Below are positions 38,171 to 51,524 of a DNA stretch of 64,000 nucleotides, piece by piece. A program made the translations under genes and the position numbers. The DNA is taken from assembly GCF_036321535.1 (NCBI RefSeq), contig NC_087437.1, positions 69,194,001-69,258,000 of the forward strand, read 5' to 3'. Under the pieces are notes generated by a model that saw nothing but the letters and a program-made list of their open reading frames with translations, searched no databases and was not told the origin of the DNA. This DNA comes from Camelus dromedarius. Lineage: Eukaryota. Within the stretch, counting starts at the first letter, position 1. Each line of letters opens with the position of its first letter.

Positions 38171-38934
38171 ATTTAATGGTTCCATAAGCCAAGGCGATTG
38201 ATGAATGGGATGAAATGTAGAAATATTCCTCAGAATAAAGACAATAAAATGAGAGGCCACCTCTTCCTGAGTTGAGACCTGAGATAGCAGCAGCAGCCTA
38301 GGAAGTAACCAGGGTAATTGTGGAGGATGGTGCTGCCGTGTCTTCTCAAAACACATGATGCATCATTATAAAGAGAAAGATGATAGATTACCATGTATTG
38401 CTGAGCAGAGATGGGCCAAGTAATCCTCTCGTTTGATTAATGAGTTTCTTCCTAAAGAGGTGAAATGGATTTGTGCTTACTTAACAAATTCCCTTTACAT
38501 GGCTTGGTTTGGGGTTAGTGGGTTTAGATCTCAGATAGAGGAGGGAAGTGCTAGTTCAAATGCAGCTATTAGGCACCAATACACTAATGAGCCAACTGTG
38601 GCATGTAATCAATGTGTGAAAAATGGGTAATTCTCCCTAATGCCCTGCTAATGTTTTCATAACGATCTGTCAAAGTACTGGAGCTAATTATTGTCATGGC
38701 AGTTTGGCCCAAGTTCACTGGCAGGGTCCTGGCAATGGTGAGTGAGAACATATGTTGCCACTTTGAGTCTATTTTCTGACTTCTCCTCACATAGAGATCC
38801 TATATGTCATGTTCTGTATCATTTGAAATATGTGCTTATATGCTTCGTTTTCCTTTTTTCCTGTTTTCCAAGCTCCATGTTTCATCTTTTCTTGCTATTT
38901 CCTTTTTCTTTTTTATTGCAAAAATACTGGATGG

Positions 38935-39100
38935 GAACTCAAGAGCCCTAAGATCTAACCTTGCTTCTATTGTAAGGGCAAGCCATTTCATCTCTCTGCA
39001 TCTGTTTCCTTAAGTATAGGAATAAAGGGACCAGTTAAGTCATAATAAAGGAATTAGGTAAGCGATAATGTCCTTCTTGCTTTAAAATGATAGAATTCTG
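38935..39100 (+). mobile_element. MIR/MIR3 fragment
   Basis: gggcaagccatttcatctctctgcatctgtttcctt...gtccttcttgctttaaaat. Confidence 0.55.
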
Positions 39101-39629
39101 GATTTCCCTTGCATGTCAGCTCTATGTTTGTGTCCACAGCATCCATTTTTATTATTTATTTATCATCATGATGACTCATTTTTGAACACATTTGATGGGA
39201 CACCTAGTAAACAAGGTACCTACGTGTAATCAATTGCATAGGAAATGGAGTTCACCTGCTTTGGATATTTAGTGGAGGAAGGAGAAAATTGAGCTTCATA
39301 TGTGAAAACATAGTACGAAGTACATAACAAGGTGACACTGCCACCTCCAAACTTTCTCCTAGGTTAGTTATTCTCATGGAAAAACTTTTCATTAATAATC
39401 TCTTAAATAATGCATTATCATAGCAATGCCTTGGATCAGTATAAGCATGTAGTGAAGAGCTCAGATCTCTTCTCATCTTAGTTTTAACATCCCTGTGAGA
39501 TAGTTGGGGCAGATAATAACTATCTTTGTTGATGGGAAGCAGGCAAAGGGAGATTAATAGCATTTATAGTCAAAGTGAGTTTGCATTATGCATTTCCTTT
39601 TTAAGCAATTTTTTCTTCAAGACTGTTCC

Positions 39630-39650
39630 TGTGTGTGTGTGTGTGTGTGT
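39630..39650. repeat. (GT)10 microsatellite
   Basis: Read directly from the sequence. Confidence 0.95.
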
Positions 39651-39821
39651 TAATTTTTTAGCAAATTCAACTCAGCATAGAAGAAACTATGTCCTTTTCC
39701 ACCTTCAACTCAAACTGAGAGGGAAGTGCACTTTTTACTCCTATAAGAGGCAAAAGCTATAACAAATCATAAATTTGGATTTTTTTAAATTTAAAATAAA
39801 TATTTAAACATTACCTTAAAG

Positions 39822-40031
39822 CAAAGACCAGCAAACTTTTTCTATAAAGGAATAGAGAGTAAGTATGTTATTCTGTAGGCCACAAAGATTCTCTGTCACA
39901 TACTGTTTTGTTTTTTCTTTAATTGCAACTTTTTACAAGTGTAAAAATTTTTTTTTCTTGTAGACTTTAAATAAACAAGTGATAGATCATGGGCCAGATT
40001 TATGCCTTGGATCATTGTTTGCCAGCTCTTG
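39822..40031. mobile_element. MER58-type hAT-Charlie MITE
   Basis: Degenerate TIRs caaagaccagcaaac / gtttgccagctcttg. The 8-bp flanks ccttaaag (39814-39821) and ccttggag (40032-40039) fit a hAT TSD. Confidence 0.85.
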
Positions 40032-41049
40032 CCTTGGAGTCATGCCCATGTTGTGTACTTCTGAGGCACTTAGGCTAACGGGAACATGGATGTTCACATG
40101 TAGGTGCTCAGAACAGGGACAATAACATCCAGATACATTAAACTGGTATCTACAAGATAATTGCTTTGGTAGTCAACTTGACAACCATTGAAAACAAGAC
40201 CCATTTCATAGAAAGAATCAATTCTCCAGTAAGCAACATGAAATCTTGAATAGCAGATTTTCAAATTCTGTCAAAATCTCTTTGGGCTCCAGATATAGGT
40301 TGTTGTCCAGGCAATCTCCAGTTTATACAACTGATGGGTTTTTGAAAAGTGGCACTAAATTTAAAATTTGCAGAGTGAATCTTTTTTTCCCCTTCCCTTC
40401 CCCATATAACTTCACTGATGGCTTTCCCTGGAAAAAATATTTTATTGTAAGACATAATGAAGAGTATGCCATTTATAATACTAGTATTTTTTTTTCATTT
40501 TCAGTAATGAACAGTTTCTATCACTTTGTTCTCCTATACAATCCTCAGTGAGAAAAGTTAGTCAAGAGATGACCAATACGCACGAACTTTTGTACACATA
40601 CAGTGCGCACATTCATGTGTACATGCAAAACCCACAAGACCAGATTTGTCACGTAGTTAATACCTGTTTCATCAAGTATTCCCAGTGATCCATAGAACTT
40701 GTCCATCTGCAATAGAGAATCCTTAGTAGAGAGAGACAAAAGGAAATGATTTATAGGAAAGAACTCACCAACTTACTAATATCCTTCACTCATTTAGATG
40801 TGATGAAAACAAAAGGGAGAAACAAACAAAAAGGGAATAAACGTCTCTTTTAAAATAAAGCAAACATCCCTTTCCATATGAGTGCTGAATGAAGACTGAA
40901 AACCTCAGTACATTTTGTCAGAATTCACTTCAATGTACATATGGTACATATACTGTCCAATAAAGAATATAAGGTAGGAAGCAGCATTTGATTTTGCATT
41001 GTGATTTTGATGAATTTGATGAATTAAGCCTATCAGTCTTAAGAATGTA

Positions 41050-41470
41050 AGTCCACACTGTTTGTTTACTGTAACAATAATTGTAACAGATAAAAACAAA
41101 CCAAAAAAAAAAAAAAAAAAAGAGAAAAGCTATAATCAGTCCAGATATCCATCAATAGAAGAATGCTTGAACATGATTTGGTATATTCATATTATGAACT
41201 ATTTCGCAGTCACTGATAACAATAAGTTAGATCTGAATCTGTTAGTATCGAAAAATGTCCATGATGCATTGTTAAGTCACAGAGTCCTTTATATAGTGTG
41301 GCCCCACTTTGTAAACATGACCCCCACAATAGGTAGATAGGTTTATATGAGCGCGGAGGTGTATGAGAACAGACATGCATCCAGGCTATTAAAATTGGTT
41401 GCCTCAGGAGGGTACCAATGGGGGAGGCAGGCAAAGTTGGGTAGAGATTATGAAACTTTTCTTTATTTAT
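41050..41470 (+). mobile_element. Ancient L1ME-type 3' fragment
   Basis: ccagatatccatcaatagaagaatgcttgaacatgatttggtatattcatattatgaactat; translates as YPSIEECLNMIWYIHIMNY, like the ORF2p C-terminus. Confidence 0.65.
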
Positions 41471-41679
41471 CAAGTTAACAAAGAAAATAAAGATAGGCAA
41501 AAGCACAAAGATAAAGGAAATAAAAGGCATAATTACATAAGTATATCATTAGTTTTAAACAGATAAAACCATTTAATAAGCTATATATAAATTATATGCC
41601 AATCAAAATATAAGAAACATTGATTTAATATATTTATATGATAATAATCATAGATTTTATAACTTGAATCTGACATGTA

Positions 41680-41885
41680 AGTAATAATATTATTAATTGC
41701 TAACTGCAGTTTTGTGTAGTTCAAGTACTGTGCTCAGCATTTCATACGGATTGGCTTTTTTCTACCCAGAGCAACCCTAGGAGCAACCCAGGAGGTAGCT
41801 GCTATTAATCAACTCAATTTAGCAATGAGAAGACCATGGATCAGTGAGATTGAAGCAGTTGCTCATAATCCTGTGGTCTAAATCT
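41680..41885 (-). mobile_element. MIR SINE
   Basis: caagtactgtgctcagcatttcatac...caaccc..gaggtagctgctatta...cagtgagattgaagcagttgctca. Confidence 0.65.
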
Positions 41886-42339
41886 AAAAAGCCCTTATTC
41901 TCAGCAAAGGGTTCCTCTCATGCAAAGTGTGTGGTGGTGCCCTAAAAATGCTCCAAGTGTATAGAGTTTCACACATGGGAAAGCCAGTGACTTACAGAAT
42001 ACTGAACCAGCAACCCACAGTTTATGACAAAGTTTCCATCTTTTAATTAACCATTTGCCTGTGTGTGAATCCAGATCATGACATTGCATAAGGTTATCCA
42101 GGTATGACTGTTTTCCTTGCTTGTCAAAATATTTCTCCTAATCCTGATTACTCTGTTTATCACAAGTATTTTTAATTGTGGTGATTCTCATGTCTTCTAC
42201 CTCTGGTGGTTTTTTTTTTTTTCTCCCTTCTATACCCTCTGACTTCCTTTAAAGGATTCTTAAGTACCATTTCCAGTTGGACCAATTTTTATTTCCTTTC
42301 CAAATGTGTACTTGATCCCAAGAGACTTTGATCTGAACA

Positions 42340-43085
42340 ATCTTCTAGAAGATGCAAGTGACATCATATCATCTCTGCTTGGAACTCATCATAGTCTTCC
42401 CATAGCTTTTAAAATAAAATCTAAATTCCCTTCCCTGCCTGCAAAGGCCACACATGATCTGACCTTTTCTTCCTCTTCTTTTTTATTATTGAAGTATAGT
42501 TGATTTACAATGTTGTGTTAGTTTTTGGTGTATAGCATAGTGATTCAGTTATACATATATGTATATATTTATATATTCTTTTTCATATTCTTTTTTATTG
42601 TAGGTTATTACAAGCCATTGAGTATAGTTTTCTGTGCTATACAGTAGGACCTTGTTGTTTATCTGTTTTGTATATATTAGTTTGTATCTGCTAATCCCAA
42701 ACTCCCAATTTATCACTCTCCCCACTTTTTCCCTGTTGATAACCATAAGTTTGTTTTCTATGTCTGAGTCTGTTTCTGTTTGGTAAATAAGTTCATTTGT
42801 GTCATTTTTTTTAGATTTGACATGTAAGTGATATATGACATTTGTCTTTTTCTGTGTCTGACAGTATGATAATCTCTAGGTTCATCCATGTTGCTGCAAA
42901 TGTGATCTAGCCTTTTCTTAATTTCCAAAAACATATACTTTATTCTCCATGACTCAGACAAGCTGGACTCACTTGTTGAAATACTCATATCTGGATCTCT
43001 GAGTCTGGGTCTTTCTTGTCTTTTTCACCTTCTTAGGGAGGTTTCTCTGGCCCCCTAATCACTTTCTATCTGAACAGTCTGTTTT
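42340..43085 (+). mobile_element. L2 fragment interrupted by a young L1
   Basis: cttcccatagcttttaaaataaaatctaaattccctt...aaggccacacatgatctg on the left, and caccttcttagggaggtttctctggcc on the right. Confidence 0.55.
42472..42902 (-). mobile_element. 5'-truncated cetartiodactyl-type L1 3' end
   Basis: ttgaagtatagttgatttacaatgttgtgttagttt 3' terminus. 17-bp TSD tgatctgaccttttctt (42455-42471) / tgatctagccttttctt (42903-42919), followed by aa, an L1 endonuclease-like TCTT/AA site. Confidence 0.95.
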
Positions 43086-46000
43086 ACTTCCAGTATGAAA
43101 CTGAGAACATTTAAGGACATATCCTTGGTTAGATCAATTAAAACTGATCATCTTTTTTATTTATAATTACCATAGCAATTAAATGTATAGTCAATAATAC
43201 AATTAAATTGTTCACTGCTGGTGACTTTTACATCTTTAAACTCTACTTTATGTAATAGCAACATTTGGAATGCCTGCAAATGCACAAATGCTCTTCTCAG
43301 CAAGAATGAACTCAGTCTAAGCAATCACTGATAGTAAAAAGAATAGACCAGGCTTAAGTCCTGCTGTGTATGTTACTTCTGCTACCTACACATTATGTGA
43401 CCTTGACCAAGGTTAATTTAACTTGGTCAAATTCAATTCAGTCAGCTGTAAAATTAAATTGATACTATTTATCTTATGGCTGTATCTACCATACAGACTA
43501 GGTGAGGTGGTCCTCTAATTGAAGGGGTGGGGAGGTTCTCATGTCAACCTTACAACTGTACCTGACAATTATTTATGGCTGTAATTAGTTTAATTTTTTG
43601 TCCATGCCAATAGACTGTAAGTCTCAAGACAACAGAGTTACTATCTATCTGGTAAGTTTATGAATCCTCACCATTTAATTCAGTGCGAATGAGTGGCAAC
43701 TGAAATGCAGTGTCAATGAATGAAAATGGAAGACACTTGATAAATATTTATTGAGTTGATTAATTTCTTTAGTTCTTATAAGGATCAAATGTTATGAATT
43801 CTAAAGTGCACTACAAGTGTATAGTATTAAATCATTCTCTATACTGTTGTAACCTCTTCTCATTCTTCTTCATACCCACAGAAGGAACACCACCCCTAGT
43901 GTGAGTGGGTAACTAGAAAAATATTTTTTGTGGAAAACCCTATTGTTGTGACTATGAAAAGGCCTCCCCAAGTTAGTGACTCAGCACCATCTGGTTGTCT
44001 AATTTCATATAGTCCCTTGAAAGAAATATCACATCAGCCACCAGGAGCAATTCACTAACCTGGCCACTCACCCAGAACTGGGTCTGATGGTGGGACCCCT
44101 AGGTTGACTCCATGGACATGAGCCTCGGTGCTCTTTATGACATGTGGTTAACCCTATACAGAGCAGAGGTTTAGAGGGCACTGTGGATGGGAGAAACAGC
44201 TCTGGCTGTTTTTAGACCTAAGACAGAAACAAAAGTTATCATAAAGGCCCTCCAAAGTTTAGCACCCTCACCCCAGGCACAGATTTCTGCTTTCTGGGGC
44301 TTGGGGTGGAAGAGCAAATGGTGTTGACACCTGAGGCATGACACTCAGAGAGATGTGCTAAACTGAGTTGCTGGCTCTAATTCTGGCTCCCAATTAACTG
44401 GTTATTTTCAAGCCAACTGCATTCCCTGTTTTCTTATTGGTTAAAAGGGACTACTGGTGTTTTTCTAATATATAAGTATTGTGTGTGTTTTATAGATACA
44501 CATATTCTTTATGAATAAGTTCATTTGTGTCATTGAGTAGAAAGAGTACTACAAATTTTAAATATTATTAGCAGCCACAGAAATCATGAAAATAAAAGAG
44601 GTGAATGGGCTATGACTTTGAAGAAAATGTAGGATAGTGGCCAATAAATTCAATAGTAAGACTGCATGTGGTAGGGGAAATAGTATTTGAACTGGTAGGG
44701 TGAAGAAAGGAAGAACACCAGGTAAAAGGTTTAGAGTTGTTTTCTTCGTGGTAGTACTAGTAGATAAGACAAATTATGTTGATGGCTGTCTTAAAATACA
44801 GGGCTCAAGAGTTGGGTTGTATTTAATATCTGTGGAGAAGTTATTGAACGTGGAACTGATTGACAAAAAATGTTTTAGAAAAATTGATTTAGCATTAAGT
44901 GATGGATTATATAAATATTTATAGGTGCTAATTGACCCCATAGATGCATCTCTGAAATGTGTTTTTCTTCAGTTTCCTCTAAGTTTTACTTTGGCATCAG
45001 TTAAAATACGTAATCTGGAAATATCTGGACATATAAATCAAAACACTGCTCTTGTTAGTTTAATACAAGAACTGCAATCGGAAAAAAAATTCTTAAAGAC
45101 ATTGACTGATGGCTTAGAAATGTTCTTGCTTTGCATGAATCCAAAGACCCATTAACAGAAAAAAATACAGTTTTCATGAAGTATTTGTGTAGTTTCAAGG
45201 ATAAAACTCCAATCCCAGTGCAATCTCCTGATGTAAGAGGTGGTGTTGTTACTCTTTGTTTTGTCTTTTGTTTTTGAAACATCAGATCAAGCTCTGGTGA
45301 GGCCTGTGAAAAGAAAATGTTTCGTCATTGTAGTAGGAAGGAATTCTTTTTCATCACGTATTTTATCCAAAATGGGAGACACGATATATTTTGTATTTGA
45401 GGAACCAGGTAATTAGATGCAAGAATAGCCCATCATTCAGTATTTAAAATTAATCTCCCCAGTGGGTGTTCTACCTCATTATGATTGTATTTATCAGAAT
45501 TCAGAGTATTTCTTATAAGGAATTGATAAGACACACTGCATTTAATGGCAGCACCTCTCCAGTTTGCAGATTGTGTTCCAGAAGTTTGTTGGCAAGCGTT
45601 ATTCTAATTATTCTAAAGTTCTGAAGAGTAAATCCTGTTATATTAGTAGCAAAACTTCCTGAATATTAATGAACTAAGTGTATTGTTGCAGTCAGATAAA
45701 AATTTAAAAAGTGAATTTATACATAGTAAAAATATATAGAATAATTATTGTCTTATAAAGAAAGTAGTCATAAATAAACAGTTCACATAAATGTCTACAT
45801 TTTGAAGTATTTTAAAGAAAATGAGAATTTAGCATATAGAATAGTGTGTTGGGATTTTACTCCTGAAAACACTAGAGGATTTGGTGACCAAAGTAATAAC
45901 CTGGAATGCTCCCAAAGTAAATTTGTTCTTTACATTCAGTTTCTTTTCAGTATTTAATTTCAGGATATTATGAACCTCAACTTTAAAAGTTAAGAAAACA

Positions 46001-46751
46001 CCTTAAAAATATTACAAATGAAATCTACCATTAAGCAATGTTGTTATTATAAATAACAAAAATGCTTTTGATAAAAAGAGAAGAGAAAAAGGGAAAGATG
46101 CAACATTTTATGTCTACTGTGATATTCACAATATGAAACAAAAACCAAACTTGTGCAAAAAACAAAAAAATCCTTACAGGAGCAATAGTAAGTGTTAGTA
46201 GTGTTTAGCATTTATGATAGGACTAAGAGTTTTTATTTGGTTTAGGTGTATTATAAATTTCCTAAACTTCATGCATTTATCTTTTAAAAATATTTTTAAA
46301 TTGTTTTTTAATGATGAAAGCTTTATTTTAATTTTTTTATTTCTTTTTTTCAAATGCTGTCCTAGCAACAAACAGCAACCTAAAACCATTCAGCTTGGAA
46401 CACAGTTTAGAGTTCTTTTCCCCAACAGTGGTTGAAATAGCTTCCCTTTCTTCTCTTAGTAATAGTGTAATGATGATCATGATAGTGATGATAGGCAAGG
46501 AAGACAAAGTAGCATGAATTTTGAAAGCATAACATGCATTTCAAAGCAATTTTCACATAAATTTACTCATTCATTTCTTGTGATACCAACTCATTGAAGT
46601 AGATGACTTACTTACCAGAGGGAGTCATCCATTTTTGTGGCTGGGCCTAAGGCAGGAGAAGGATTAAGGGAGCTATACAGCTGGCAGGGGCGGCATCTTG
46701 CATCTTGGCTGAACCATTATTTATTCAGCTATGGAGTACACACAACACAAT

Positions 46752-46837
46752 CTTATATAACGGACTTGAGCGTCCAAGGATTTGGTATCCGAGAGGGGTC
46801 CTGGAACCAATTCCCCATGGATACCAAGGGATGATTG
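46752..46837 (-). mobile_element. MER2-type (Tigger/TcMar) terminal fragment
   Basis: ggacttgagcgtccaaggatttggtatccgagaggggtcctggaaccaattccccatggataccaagggatgattg followed by TA; only one end is present. Confidence 0.85.
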
Positions 46838-48106
46838 TATAGACATCACCACTTCCTGGTTCTTAGAACTTCCACTGATAGCAGTCATAGAAGAGCTCAA
46901 CTTGTGACCTCCCAGTACTCAAGTCTACATCAGTTGCAAAGCCTGTGGAGAAATTTGTAGGCTGATTGTAGTTTGGGTGACACCAAAAATGCATCAGTAA
47001 ATGAAATGTTAATAGTATAGTGGCTCTGAAAAGTAAAAAGTGATTGCCAACAACAAGAATTTTCTGGTCATCCTCTCTTGTTGTATTTTTGTTTTTGTTT
47101 TTTTGAGAAAGTTTTGTATAATCCAGGGATAATAGATCAAAATATGACCAGAAATCTATTAGCTTAAGATTAGATGAGCAGAGTTTTGTTTTTATCTCTA
47201 TGGTGACTTCTTTGGTGACATGGGGTCAGACACTTAACATCCTCCTATCTCAATTCACCTCGAAAAAAGTGTGCTTAATTGTCAAGCTTATTAAGACTCT
47301 TAGAAGGTAGATACCAGGTGCCAAGTGGCATTATACCCATGGAATGACAAATGCCTACCAGTTTCCTAAAAGCTTTTCATGAAAATCAAATCCCTCCATA
47401 CAAAGAATAAGTTCTTCTCTTGAATGCAATACAAGACTAGCTTCTTACTTTATTACAACTTAATATAGTTTATTGAAAATGACTAGGAAACTATTGCTAT
47501 CGTCAGCAGAATAGAGAAATTTTCATTGTCCTACAAGGCATCAACCATTTATTTTAAAGTGATCATAAGTGAATTCCACAGTCCAATCTCTTTACTGCTG
47601 ACCAATCTTATCATATAATTTGAATACTATATAGATGACACTTTCTTTCATATACAACATTAAAGATAAAACATTGAACTAGACATTAAGTGGAGGATCC
47701 TGAAAAGGTCACTATAATAAAATGTGAGTCTTCTCTCTTGTTTTGTGTCACCACACTCTGGGATTCTTAAGAGGTTTGCAGATACTGTCTTTGAACATGT
47801 TGGCCTACTCCATCTAGAATGTTCTTCTTCATCATCTTTAATATATGAGAAACCAATTCAAAGTCAACTACTCCACAAGACCTCAATATTGATTATACAA
47901 TCCTGTTTTAGAGTGTGTGATAATCCAGGTGATGTTTATCCAGTTTATAGGAATCCCTTTTTCTACAATATTCAGAATTGTTCAACACAAATTCCTTTTA
48001 GCGGAAGAAATTCAGAAGGCATCCTCAACATTTCTGAAAATATCTAGAGTGTTACCTGGAGAAAACATGGGGAGAATTGGGGAAATTATATGTTTCTGGT
48101 AACTTT

Positions 48107-51100
48107 TTTCCCAATATTTTATTATAGTAAAGTACATGTAACATAAAATTTACTTTCTTAACCACACTAAGTCTACAGTTCAGTCATATTAAAGTACATT
48201 TATATTGTGGAGCTGTCACCATCATCCATATTTGGAACTCTTTTTGTCTTGTAAAACTGAAACTCTAAACTCCTCCTCCCCCAGCTCTTGGCAACAGCCT
48301 TCTGTGTTCTGTCTCAATGATTTTGACTACTCTAAGTGCCTAATATAAGTGGAATCATATAGCATTTGTCTTTTGGTGACTGGCTTATTTCACCTAGCAT
48401 AATATCCTCAAGTTTCATCTATGTTTTTAGGATATGTCAGAACTCCCTTTTTAAAGACTGAATAATATTCCATTATATGTATGTATCACCTTCTGCTTAT
48501 TCATTTATCTATCAGTGGACATTTGGGTTGCTTCCACAATTTAGCTATTATGAATAATGCTGCTATGCATATGAGTAAACAAACATCTCTTCAAGGCTTT
48601 GCTTTCAACTTTGGGGGGTATATACCTAAATCATATGGTAATTCTATTTTTAATTTTTAAATAAGTTGCCATTCTGTTTTCCAAAGCAGATGTAGCATTT
48701 TACATTCCTACCAACAGTGTGCAAGGGTTCTAATTTCCCCACATCCTCACTAACACTTGTTATTTTCTGTTCTTTTGAGAGCGTGAGGTAAGTGACTCAT
48801 TGTGGCTTTGATTTACATTTCCATAATGACTAGAGATCTTCAGCATCATGTCATACGCTTATTGTTCATTTGTATACCTTCTTTGGAGTATTGTCTATTC
48901 ATGCCCTTTGCCCATTTCTGAACTGGGTCATATATCTTTGTTGTTGTCAAGTTTTAGGAGTGCTCTATATATTTTAGATATTAATCCCTTATCAAATATA
49001 TGATTTGTAAATATTTTATCCCATTGTGTGGGTTGCTTTTTTAGTCTATTGATAGTACTTTTTGATGTATGAATTTAAACAATTATGAAGTTCAATTTGT
49101 CTATTTTTTCTTTTATGTAGGCCTTTGTTGTCATATCTAAGAAATCATTACCAAATCTGATGTGAAGCTTTTACTCTTTCTTTGAAGAGTTTTATAGTTT
49201 TAGATCTTACATTTAGGTCATGGATCCATTTTGACTTAATTTTTATATATGGTGTTAGGTAAGTGTCCACCTCTATTCATTCACATGTGGATATCCAGTT
49301 TTCTCAGCACCCTTTTTTAAAGACAGTTTTGTTTGTTTGTTTGTTTTCCCATTGAATAGCTTTGCATCCTTGTCAAAATCGTTTGATTTATATGTAAAGA
49401 TTTGTTTCTGGACCCTCTATTTCATTGAGCTGTATGTCTGTCTGTTTGCCAGTACCACACTGTTTTGATTACTGTATCTTTGTAGCAAGTTTTGAAATCA
49501 GGAAATGTGAATTCTCTAGTTTTGTTCATCTTTTTCAGGATTATTTTTTGAGAGAAAGATCTACTCAGGGTCCCTTGAGATTCCATCTGAATTTTTGAGT
49601 GGGTTTTTCTATATCTGCAAATAATGTCATTGGGATTTTGATAGGGATTGCATAAAATCTGCAGATTGCTTTGGATAGTATTGACATGTTAACAACATTA
49701 AGTCTTCCAGTCCCTGAACATGAAATGTCTTTCCATTTATTTTTATCTTCTTTAATTTGTTTCAGAAATGTTTTGTGTTTTTCATTGTTCAAGTCTTTCA
49801 CCTTCTTTAATTTGTTTCAGAAATGTTTTGTGTTTTTCATTGTTCAAGTCTTTCACCTTCTTGGTTAAGATATTTTTAAGCATTTTATTCTTTCTGATGC
49901 TCTTGTAAATTGTATTCTTAATTGTATTCTTAATTTTCTTTTTGGGTTGTTCATTAGTGAAGAGAAATGCATTAATTTTTATCTTTCTACTTTGCTGAAT
50001 TCATTTATTAGTTCTAATTTTTTTTTTTTTGGTGAAATCTTTAGGATTTTCTGCATATAAGATCATATCATTATCAAACAGAATTTTATGTCTTTCTATT
50101 TTGGATGCTTATTTTGTCTGTTTCTCTTATCTAAGTGCTCTGGCTACAACTTCCAGTACTGTGTTGAGTAAAGGTGGCTAAAGTGTGTATCCTTGCATTC
50201 TTCCTGATTTTAGAGGAAAAGTTTTCAGTCTTTCATCATGAAATATGGTGTTTGTGGTAGGTTTTTCATATGTGGCTATATTATGTAGGTACTTTCCTAT
50301 TCATAATTGTTAAATATTCTTATCACGAAAAATTATGTTTTGTCAAATGCCTTTTCTGAGTATGTATTTGTTGGTGGGTAAAGTGTTCTGTATATGTCTA
50401 TTAGATCTATTTGATTTGTTTTATTATGTCCTCTTCTTCGTTACTAATCTTCTGTATGGTTTTTGTATACAGTAATGAAAGTGCGATATTGAAGTCTCCA
50501 ACTATTATTGCAGAAGTTTCTATTTTTCTTTGTTTCTGTTAATTTTTGCTTCATATATTTTGAAAGTCTGTTATTAGGTTTGTAAATGTTTATTGTATCT
50601 TTTTGCTCTTTTGAAACTTTTATTAATATATAATACCCTCTTTTTGTCTTGGAACCTTTTTTGATTTGGAATCTATTTTGTTTCATGTTAGTGTAGCCAC
50701 CTCTGTTGGCCTTTCTTTACTATTTGCATGGAGTATCACTTTCCACCCTTTTACTTTCAACCAATTTGTATCTTTTGATTTAAAGTGAATCTTTTATAGA
50801 TAGCATATATTTGGGTCATCTTTTTAACCCATTCTGCTGGTCTGCCTTTTGATTGGAGAATTTTTATTATTATTATAGAGTTTCTCTGTGATATTGAGGG
50901 GATGAATCTGAGGGATAAACTTACGTTGTTCTGATGTCTTTTCTGAGCCTGTGTCTTCCTCAAGCATATGCAGTGATTTTCTAATGTCCCTCATATATGT
51001 GGTTGCACTTAAATATCTTAGTCTTCAATGCCTTGCTCCAAAAAGAGGAAAAAATTAGATAAATGAGTCCACTTTTAAAATCCTCTCAAATTTACTCCAG

Positions 51101-51524
51101 CCGGAGGAGGAGTTTGCAATAATGGGAGGAGGCGGAAGAACAGTGGCCTCATCCTCTTTCTCTTCACATCTGTGTTGTGAAGCAATCAGAGCACAGATCT
51201 GTGACCTTTGGAGCACAGGGTGCTTTTTCCTCACCCTGGCTTCCGCAAGCTGGGTGCAGGCTGTTCCAGCAACACACACACAGCTGCCTGTCAAGCCTGA
51301 GAGGTGGAGAATGGGTAGCTGCTACTGTGTTAAGAGCTGAAATTGACCAAAATTAACCACAGTTCAATTCCAAGCCTTCTTCTGGAAGTTGCAAGCCTTC
51401 AATAGACTCCAGAGTTCCAAAAGAGTTACATCAGCTAGATTCTGCCTGGGCAATTGTTGTCTGGGTGGAGAAGACAGATTTCTGATGCTTCCTATTCCAC
51501 TTTCTTCCCAGAATCCTCCTGGCC
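48107..51524 (-). mobile_element. Old L1 (L1MB/L1M3-4-like) with both ends and two large internal deletions
   Basis: 3' UTR at ~48107-48500. ORF2 relics: [53 protein letters not shown] (49565-49801) and endonuclease GYYILIK..TINIYKPN (50444-50686). A 5'-end-like sequence ends cttcccagaatcctc. Candidate TSD ttctggtaacttt / ttctgatggcttt. Confidence 0.9.
49747..49856. repeat. Perfect 55-bp tandem duplication
   Basis: cttctttaatttgtttcagaaatgttttgtgtttttcattgttcaagtctttcac at both 49747-49801 and 49802-49856. Confidence 0.97.

Noticed and set aside
44925..45155. 76-aa ORF with a helical-looking stretch after a polypyrimidine acceptor
   Set aside because: No convincing donor and no recognisable homology.
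46283..46300. Perfect 18-bp palindrome tttaaaaatatttttaaa
   Set aside because: It is pure A/T in a very AT-rich tract, so expected by chance.
12231..49935. CRISPR-like or satellite array built from the short direct repeats
   Set aside because: Each repeat has only two copies and the units are unrelated to one another; the context is mammalian and there are no cas-like ORFs.
49565..50963. ORFs with L1 ORF2 similarity as functional CDS
   Set aside because: They are short frameshifted pieces of a decayed, internally deleted L1.
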